Assembly: GCF_006345805.1 (NCBI RefSeq)
Contig: NW_021828902.1
Location: 1 to 7,327 of the forward strand
DNA: 7,327 nt
Reading direction: 5' to 3'
DNA from: Octopus sinensis
Taxonomy: Eukaryota
The notes beneath the pieces were generated by a model that saw only the letters and a list, made by a program, of their open reading frames with translations, ran no database searches and was not told where the DNA came from. Positions 1-7,253 of this stretch are shown piece by piece. The translations under genes were made by a program, and so were the position numbers. The first letter of the stretch is position 1. Each line of letters starts with the position of its first letter.

Positions 1-97
1 AGTCAGTCTGTGTGTCGGTCCGTCGGTCTGTCGGTCTGTCGTTCTGTCTGTCTGCCGGTCTGTCTGTTCGTCCACCTGCCTGTATGTCCGTTTGCCT
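1..97. repeat. Degenerate (TCTG/TCGG)n tetranucleotide microsatellite
   Basis: Repeated gtcg/gtct/tctg units, e.g. gtcggtctgtcggtctgtc and tctgtctgtctg; runs off the window start. Confidence 0.8.
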
Positions 98-255
98 GCA
101 TGCGAAAATTTCTCTCCCCACCCCCCCATCTTTTTCTTCTCTACCTCTTCGTTTCTCTCGTCCACATTGTTCCCCCCCCCACCCTCTATCTCTCATTCTC
201 TCCATCTTCCGCATCAGACACACACATGCTCGCGCGCGTGTATGTACTTTATGTT

Positions 256-287
256 GTGTATGTATGTATATATATATATATATATAT

Positions 288-322
<35 letters not shown>

Positions 323-384
323 GGCAAGTATGTGTAGGTGTGTATAAATACAAATATAGCATATACATGCATACACCCCCCCAC

Positions 385-415
<31 letters not shown>

Positions 416-504
416 AAGAAAGAGAGAGAGATTGATAGATAGATAGATACAAACATAAATAGACAGACAGACAGACAGACAGACAGATAGATAGGCAGAC
501 AGAC

Positions 505-543
<39 letters not shown>

Positions 544-556
544 TAGATAGATAGAT

Positions 557-598
<42 letters not shown>

Positions 599-620
599 TG
601 ATAGATAGATAGATAGATAT
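256..620. repeat. Compound microsatellite (TA)n-(GA)n-(GATA)n-(GACA)n-(GATA)n
   Basis: (TA)n ~267-319 and ~384-398, (GA)n ~398-430, GATA ~434-448, GACA ~461-541 with GATA interruptions, GATA ~541-619. Confidence 0.97.
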
Positions 621-720
621 TGGTCATCAATCATATACGCACCTATATTTATCTATGTATATATATATATCATAAATTAACCTTTGTATCTATCTACATA
701 CTTACTTACCAGCACACCGA

Positions 721-1021
721 CATACAAACACACATACATACACATACACATGCTTGTATGTATGTGTATATATATATGTATATATATATGTATGTGATGA
801 AACTGCGTGTTGGCCTCCTTGTCTTAGTTTTTAATATTTATCCTTTAATCTACCGTTCCATCTCACTCTGTCCATGTATTTACCTACCTTCCACACACAC
901 ACACACGCACACACACACACACACACACATACACACACATACTCTCTCTCTCTCACACACACACATGTATCATGTATGTCTTCTTTTCTTTTTCTTTTGT
1001 TCTCTTTTTAGCAATATGAAA

Positions 1022-1055
<34 letters not shown>

Positions 1056-1200
1056 TATATCCATATATATATATATACATATATATGTGTGTATGTACTC
1101 CTCTGTGCGTGTAAATATATATATATATATATATCTTATATGTGTATGTGTGTGTGTGTGTGAGTGTGTGTGTGTGTGTATGTGAGTGCATGTATATATG
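721..1200. repeat. Compound microsatellite cluster (CATA)/(TATG)/(CA)/(CT)/(TA)/(TG)
   Basis: CATA/CA ~721-750, TATG/TA ~755-795, (CA)n with (CT)n ~892-965, interrupted (TA)n ~1022-1135, (TG)n ~1141-1190. Confidence 0.93.
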
Positions 1201-1329
1201 TAATGAGAAAGCAAGATAGGGAGAGGGAGGGAAGGAGAACTGCGGTTTATTGCTGACTAGTTTTTAAGTTCTGCTTTTTTTTTTTTACAATAAGTGATTT
1301 TTATCAATCGTCTATGATCCCTTTTTGCC

Positions 1330-2172
1330 TACACACGCACACACACATACACGCACACATGCATAGGTATGTATGTATGTATGTATGTATGTATGTATGT
1401 ATGTATGTATGTATGTATGTATGAATGTATGTATGTATGTATGTATGTATGTATGTATGAATGTATGTATGTATGTATGTATGTATGTATGTATGTATGT
1501 ATGTATGTATGTATGTATGTATGAATGTATGTATGTATGTATGTATGTATGTATGTATGTATGTATGTATGTATGAATATACGTATGAATGTATGTATGT
1601 ATGTAGTATGTATGTATGTATGTATGTATGTATGAATTATGTATGTTGTATGTATGTATGTATGTTGTTGTATGTATGATGTATGTATGTATGTATGTAT
1701 GTATGTATGTATGTATGTATGTATGTATTGTATTATGTTGTATGTATGTATGAATGTATGTATGTATGTATGTATGTATGTAATGTATGTATGTATGATG
1801 TATGTATGAATGTATGTATGTATGTATGTATGATGTATGTATGTATGTATGTATGAATATACGTATGAATGTATGTATGTATGTATGTATGTATGTATGT
1901 ATGTATTATGTATGTATGTATTGAATGTATGTATGTATGTATGTATGTATGTATGTATGTATGTATGTATGTGTATGTATGTATGAATGTTGTAATGTAT
2001 GATGTATGTTATGTATGTATGTATGTATATGTTGTATGTATGTATGTATGAATGTATGTATGTATGTTATGTATGTATGTATGTATGTATGTATGTATGT
2101 ATATGTATGTAGGTATGAATGTATGTATGTATGTATGTATGTATGTATGTATGTATGTATGTATGATGTATG

Positions 2173-2204
<32 letters not shown>

Positions 2205-2260
2205 TGTATGTATGTATGATGTTTGCGTGTATGTATGTATATTTGTATGAATATATGTAT
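1330..2260. repeat. Long (TATG)n array preceded by a short (CA)n
   Basis: (CA)-like ~1330-1360, then ~890 bp of TATG units from ~1367; nearly pure to ~1575, increasingly interrupted afterwards. Confidence 0.98.
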
Positions 2261-2289
2261 ATCTCTGTGTGTTACACAAATATATACCA

Positions 2290-2560
2290 CGTCATCATCA
2301 TCATTGTCGTCAACATCTCCATCCTACTCCTCCTATCCCTCCCTATCCTCCCCCTCTTCCTCCTCCACCTCATGATCATCATCTTCATCGTTGTCATGAT
2401 CATGAGCATCCTACTTATCATGTTTATACGCAATGTGCATCACCACTCACGGCATTACTATTTTTACCACCATTGCTACCCATCACCGCTATCACCAACA
2501 TCAGCAGCCTATCAACCATCACCACCATCTCTACTCCACCAGAACCATCACCTTCAAATT
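2290..2560. repeat. Degenerate trinucleotide low-complexity tract (CAT/CCT/CAC)
   Basis: tcatcatcatca, cctcctatccctccctatcctcc and caccaccatc motifs with 3-nt periodicity. Confidence 0.75.
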
Positions 2561-2919
2561 CTACCAATGCCACTATCCAAAGGTACGAAATCAATTAAGA
2601 TGATGATCTATAATGTACTCTAACAACTTTCAACAGCAACAAACAATATTTGTAGGAAGCGAATTTGTGAAAAATAAGAAAGAGTAACCAGTACTGATAA
2701 TCAACATATTACAACCCCACAAACAACATCAACAACAAGAATTATGGCATCAGTAGTGGAAAGAAACTATCCTTTAGCACTCTGGACTTTCTCTAGAAAT
2801 GTTTACCCTGTCACTGCCATGTTAATACAAGGGAGAAAACTCATGAGGCAACATGATGCTCCTACAGTTTGCTAAAGGTTAAAGCAAGACAAAAAGAAGC
2901 AATATTACAATTATTCTTA

Positions 2920-3143
2920 GGCGAGGAACTGGAAGAATCGTTAGCATGCTGGGGAAAATGCTTAGCTGCATTTCGTACGTTTTTAGGTTCTGGCTTAAAA
3001 TTCTTTTCCGAGGATAGCTTTGACTTTCATCCGTTCGGAGGCGATGAAATAAGTAGCAGGTATTCATTGGGGTCGATATAATCGACTTAGCCCGTCCCCA
3101 CCCCAAAACTGCTAGCCTTGTGCCAAAATTTGAAATTAATATT
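2920..3143 (+). mobile_element. tRNA-derived SINE, full length, diverged, tail type A (copy 1)
   Basis: Head GGCGAGGAACTGGAAGAATCGTTAGCATGCTGGG-AAATGCTTAGC, core CTTTCATCCGTTCGG-GTCGATATAATCGAC, tail GCCTTGTGCCAAAATTTGAAATTAATATT. Aligns by eye with the reverse complement of the copies at 3588-4482. Resemblance to octopus SINEs is from memory. Confidence 0.88.
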
Positions 3144-3155
3144 CAAATTATTCTT

Positions 3156-3377
3156 AGCTAGCAGAATTGTTAGTACGCTGGGAAAATTCCTTAACCACGT
3201 ATCGTTCGTCTTTACGCACTGACTTCAAATTCCATTGCGCGGTCGGCTTTGACTTTCGTCCGTTCGGCGTCGATAAAATAAGTACCAGTTGATTACTGGG
3301 GTCGATGTAATCAACTACCCCACCACGATCCCACCCACAAATTTGTTAACATTGTTCCAAACCTTGAAACCGATATT
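3156..3377 (+). mobile_element. tRNA-derived SINE, near full length, tail type A (copy 2, head-to-tail with copy 1)
   Basis: AGCTAGCAGAATTGTTAGTACGCTGGG head, B-box-like GACTTCAAATTCC, core GTCGATAAAATAAGTACCAGT-ACTGGGGTCGATGTAATCAAC, degenerate tail TTGTTCCAAACCTTGAAACCGATATT. Confidence 0.87.
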
Positions 3378-3382
3378 AAAAT

Positions 3383-3586
3383 AATTTCTTGTAAATTTGG
3401 AATAAGCGCAACAATTTTGAAATGGGGGAGAAGATCGATTATTTCGTCCGGTGTATTACTGGTATTTTGTTTTATCAACTTTTGAAAAGATAAAATGCAA
3501 AGTCAATCTCGGAAGGAGTTGAACAGAGACCGTGAAAAACTGTCGTAAGCATTTTGTCCGACGTTCTAATAATTCTGCTAACTTCC
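3383..3586 (-). mobile_element. tRNA-derived SINE, strongly diverged (copy 3, tail-to-tail with copy 2)
   Basis: Plus-strand ACTGGTATTTTGTTTTATCAAC, GCAAAGTCAATCTCGG, TAAGCATTTTGTCCGACG and TTCTGCTAACT match the minus-strand copies downstream; ends approximate. Confidence 0.8.
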
Positions 3587-3587
3587 A

Positions 3588-3945
3588 AATTATTTCAATT
3601 TTTTGCTATAAGGGCAGCTTGGAGAGATGGGGATGAGTCGATTACATCGATCCCAGTGTTCAACTAGTGCTTATTTTATTGACCCCGAAAAAGATGAAAG
3701 GCAAAGTTGACATCGGCGGAATTTGAACTCAGAACGTAGCGGCAGACGATATACCTATTTCTTTACTACCCACAAGGGGCTAAACACTGAGAGGACAAAC
3801 AAGGACAGACAAATGGATTAAGTCGATTATATCGACTCCAGTGCGTAACTGGTACTTAATTTATCGACCCCGAAAGGATGAAAGGCAGACGATATACCGC
3901 TAAGCATTTCGTCAAGCGTGCTAAATATTCTGCCAGCTCGTCGCC
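3588..3945 (-). mobile_element. Host SINE (tail type A) interrupted by a nested insert (copy 4)
   Basis: Head at 3945-3899 (sense GGCGACGAGCTGGCAGAATATTTAGCACG). Body resumes at 3755-3588 with B-box-like GAGTTCAAATTCC (3730-3718). Removing 3756-3898 restores a contiguous full-length element. Confidence 0.9.
3756..3883 (-). mobile_element. Nested head-less SINE module, tail type C (128 bp), flanked by a 15-bp direct repeat
   Basis: Core plus tail (sense TTTGTCTGTCCTTGTTTGTCCTCTCAGTGTTTAGCCCCTTGTGGGTAGTAAAGAAATA) lying between identical GGCAGACGATATACC at 3741-3755 and 3884-3898. Confidence 0.85.
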
Positions 3946-3961
3946 TTAATATCAATAATAT

Positions 3962-4079
3962 CCCGAAAGGATGAAAATCAAAATCAAACTCCACGGAATT
4001 TGAACTCAGAACGTAAAGTCGGACGAACAACCGCTAAGCAATTTGCACGCCGCGCTAACGATTCTTCCACCTCGTCACC
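3962..4079 (-). mobile_element. SINE 5' half, 3'-truncated (copy 5)
   Basis: Sense head GGTGACGAGGTGGAAGAATCGTTAGCGCGG, B-box-like motif at 4007-3995; stops just after CCTTTCGGG with no tail. Confidence 0.87.
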
Positions 4080-4251
4080 TTAATATTATTTTCTACTCTA
4101 GGCACAAGGCCCGAAATTGTGGGGGAGAGGCCAGTCGATTAGATCAACCCCAGTGCGCTGCTGGTACTTAAGTTATCGACCCCGAAAGGAAGAAAGGCAA
4201 AGTCGACCTCGGCGGAATTTGAACTCAGAACATAAAGACAGACGAAATACC

Positions 4252-4356
4252 TATTTCTTTATTACCCACAAGGGGCTAAACACAGAGGGGACAAACAAGG
4301 ACAGACATAGGTATTAAGTCGATTACATTGACCCCAGTACGTAACTGGTACTTAAT
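4252..4356 (-). mobile_element. Nested tail-C module (105 bp) between two identical 79-bp repeats
   Basis: Same tail as 3756-3820 with few differences; 4173-4251 is identical to 4357-4435. Confidence 0.82.
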
Positions 4357-4397
4357 TTATCGACCCCGAAAGGAAGAAAGGCAAAGTCGACCTCGGC

Positions 4398-4473
4398 GGA
4401 ATTTGAACTCAGAACATAAAGACAGACGAAATACCGCTGAGCATTTCGCCCGGTGTGCTAACGTTTCTGCCAG
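4398..4473 (-). promoter_or_regulatory. Internal RNA polymerase III (type 2) promoter-like A and B boxes of the SINE head
   Basis: Sense TGGCAGAAACG about 10 nt from the 5' end resembles the tRNA A box. GAGTTCAAATTCC resembles the B box (imperfect) and is identical in four places. Activity not shown. Confidence 0.65.
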
Positions 4474-4502
4474 CTCGCTCCCTTGTTACCTTGATATTAA
4501 CA

Positions 4503-5545
4503 AGCACTACCTCCACCATTGCTACTACCACCAACACCAACATCACCATCAAAATACACCACCACCACCGGCACCACCGTAACACCAACATCGCCACTAC
4601 AAGATGCACCACCACCACCACCACCACCACCACCACCACTACCACCATCATGATCATAATGATCATCACCATCACCACCATCATCACCATCACCACCACC
4701 ACCACCACCACCACCACCACCACCACTGCCATCACCTCTATTACCGCCACTGCTATACATTCAACACCAACATCAACATCAACTTCTCACCATCAATAGC
4801 ACCCCCACCATCACCACCACCACCACCAACACTACCGCCATCACCACCACTGCCACCGCCTACATCATCCCCACCACCACAACAACAACCACAAATACTA
4901 ACATTACTATCAACATCAAAATCACCAATAAAACCACCACCACCGCCACCACAACCACGACCATCACCACCACCTATATCACCACCGCCGCTAAAACCAC
5001 AACCATCAACATCACCGATACCACCACCGTTACCACAACCACCACCATCATCACCATCTATACTACCACCGCCACCTATACCACCACCGCTACCACAACC
5101 ACCACCATCACCACCACCGCCACCACCATCACCACCACCTATACCACCACCGCCACCACCATCACGACCTACTATACCGCTACCACAACCACCATTATCA
5201 CCACCAATACCACCACCGTAACCACAACCACTACCATCACCACTTAATATACCGCTACCACAACCACCACCATCACCACCTATACCACCACCGCACCACA
5301 ACCACCACCATCATCACCACCTATACCACCACAGCCACCACAACCACCACCACCGCCAGCACCTATACCACCACTACAACCACTACCATCACCACTACCT
5401 ATACCGCCACCGCCACCACAACTACCACCATCACCACCTACTATACCGCCACCACAACCACCATCATCACCACCACCTATACCACCATCACCTCCAAATC
5501 ACCACCTATACCACCACTGCCACCACAACCACCACCATCACCAAC
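4503..5545. repeat. (CAC/CAT)n array grading into a ~36-42 bp minisatellite
   Basis: Pure (CAC)n at ~4607-4645 and ~4691-4725; from ~4960 a recurring unit similar to CCACCTATACCACCACCGCTACCACAACCACCACCATCA. Confidence 0.95.
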
Positions 5546-5660
5546 AGGAGTAATCAGTCTCCTCTTCTATAAAACATCAAAAACTAAGTTTAGTTCATTA
5601 AAACCCTATTTACAGCCTTCACCTTCCCCCCATGCCCCTCCCCAACGTCATACATACGTT

Positions 5661-5900
5661 ACACACACACACACACACACACTATCTCTCTCTCTCTCAC
5701 GCTCTCATCCCACACTTGCTCTCCTCCACTTCCTCCTCCTCTTTCATATTTAAACTTTAACTTGACTCACCTAATTCTTACACACCTCATATATTCTCTC
5801 CCGCTTTCCTCCACCTTCCTCCTCTTCCTCCTCCTCCTCCTCCTCCTATTTATCTTCCTCCTATTCGTCTGTTTCCCACTTCTCTCTCTCTATCTGTCTG
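5661..5900. repeat. (CA)n-(CT)n and (CCT)n pyrimidine-rich microsatellites
   Basis: (AC)n 5661-5682, (CT)n ~5686-5698, (CCT)n ~5816-5846, (CT)n ~5880-5891. Confidence 0.85.
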
Positions 5901-5949
5901 TTGTCATAAGTTCGCATCACCTTAGTATTTCGTTTCTCATTTTTGTCAG

Positions 5950-5966
5950 TTATTATTATATTTTAC

Positions 5967-6003
<37 letters not shown>

Positions 6004-6059
6004 TTATTATTAATATTATTATTATTGTTTTTATTATTATTACCATTATTATTATATTA

Positions 6060-6103
<44 letters not shown>

Positions 6104-6151
6104 ATTATTATTATTGTTATTATTATTATTATACCATTATTATTATTATTA

Positions 6152-6201
<50 letters not shown>

Positions 6202-6457
6202 ATATTATTATTATGTTATTATTATTATTATTACCATTATTATTATTATTATCATTATATATTATTATCATTATTATCAGTATTATTATTATTATTATTA
6301 TTATTATTTCATTATTATTAGTATTATCATTATTATTATTATATTATTATAATATTATTGTTATTATTATCATTATTATTATTATTATTATATATTATTA
6401 TTATTCTTATTATTATTATTATCATAATATTATTATTATATTATTATTATTATTATT
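5950..6457. repeat. (ATT)n trinucleotide array, ~500 bp
   Basis: Continuous TTA/ATT units with sporadic ATC/GTT/ACC variants. Confidence 0.98.
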
Positions 6458-6566
6458 TGGTTCCTTTTACATGATCCTTTTGCATCTTTCTTTTCGTCGT
6501 ATTTTCTTCAATATCTATTATATTTCTTCGCTTTTCCTTTCTTCCTCATCGTTTGTCATTTTTCTT

Positions 6567-6686
6567 TCATCTTCATCTTTTTCATCTTCATCTTCGACGT
6601 TGTCGCCATCGTCGTCGTCGTCGTCATCATCATCACCATCATCGCCATCACCATCATCGTCATCATCATCATCATCATCATCATCG

Positions 6687-6725
<39 letters not shown>

Positions 6726-6737
6726 GCGTCGTCGTCG

Positions 6738-6779
<42 letters not shown>

Positions 6780-6790
6780 CCACCACCACC

Positions 6791-6857
<67 letters not shown>

Positions 6858-6917
6858 GCGTCGTCGTCGTCATCGTCGTCGTCATCACCATCACCCTCAC
6901 CATCACCATCTTCATCA
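6567..6917. repeat. (CAT)n array with (CGT)n and (CAC)n variants
   Basis: In-phase TCA/TCG/CCA triplets throughout. Confidence 0.97.
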
Positions 6918-7048
6918 TACACACACTGTCGTTCTTCCTTTTTCTTTTTTTAAATAAATTTCCAGCCATATTTAGAGTGGCGTCGCTCTTCTTTGTAAGT
7001 TAATATCACTCGGAAAGAAAAAAAATAGTTGTAGGCAGTGAAGTCGAT

Positions 7049-7141
7049 ATTGTTGTTGTTGTTGTTGTTGCTGCTGTTGATGTTAGTGGTGGTGGTGGTA
7101 GTAGTGATAGCTGTCATCGTCGTCGAAATAGTAGCAGTCGT
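7049..7141. repeat. (TGT)n/(GGT)n/(AGT)n degenerate trinucleotide tract
   Basis: ttgttgttgttgttgttgttg, ggtggtggtggtagtagtg. Confidence 0.85.
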
Positions 7142-7253
7142 TATGAAAATGGTGGAGTGGTGGAGGAATCTGTAAGGATAGAGCGAACTAAATAATTCAA
7201 TATATTTTCGATTACCTAATTTTTTTACATTTCAAACCAATTACCCAAACGGT

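Larger units (their letters stand above)
4085..4482 (-). mobile_element. Young-looking composite SINE: host with tail type B plus nested tail-C module (copy 6)
   Basis: Sense head GGGAGCGAGCTGGCAGAAACGTTAGCACACCGGGCGAAATGCTCAGC, two B-box-like motifs (4410-4398, 4226-4214), terminal tail TTTCGGGCCTTGTGCCTAGAGTAGAAAATAATATT. Confidence 0.92.

Noticed and set aside
10-2623. ORFs with YI, MYVC, HT and YLSI repeats
   Set aside because: They are translations of di- and tetranucleotide microsatellites that lack stop codons; no domain or non-repetitive coding signal.
4170-4260. Hammerhead or other ribozyme suggested by GAAA motifs
   Set aside because: I could not place a CUGANGA core with matching stems, and the GAAA motifs lie on the antisense strand of the SINE. 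An Infernal search would settle it.
4245-4260. Splice-donor-like AG|GTATTT at the tail-C junction on the minus strand
   Set aside because: The GT is retained downstream of the join, so the junction is not a splicing product; the flanking direct repeats fit insertion better.
2920-4482. CRISPR-like or retron-like repeat array
   Set aside because: Repeats are 80-230 bp, diverged, nested and in both orientations, with no regular spacers and no cas or RT gene; the context is eukaryotic.
4398-4482. Functional tRNA gene
   Set aside because: A- and B-box-like motifs are present, but I could not build a cloverleaf and the sequence runs directly into the SINE core.
2869-4582. Short ORFs sharing FDFHPFG and RPRKEERQSRPRRNLNSEHKDRRN peptides
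   Set aside because: The shared peptides are translations of the repeated SINE core; frames are not preserved between copies.
4409-5301. Poly-His, Pro, Thr, Gly and Val ORFs (extensin-, formin- or mucin-like)
   Set aside because: Several frames on both strands are open because of (CAC)n; the Pro frame has a stop and a frameshift inside the repeat.
5762-6969. 336-aa ORF and poly-Asp, Ser, His and Met ORFs
   Set aside because: Products of (ATT)n and (CAT)n arrays; frame-breaking indels switch the homopolymer residue, which is not expected under coding constraint.
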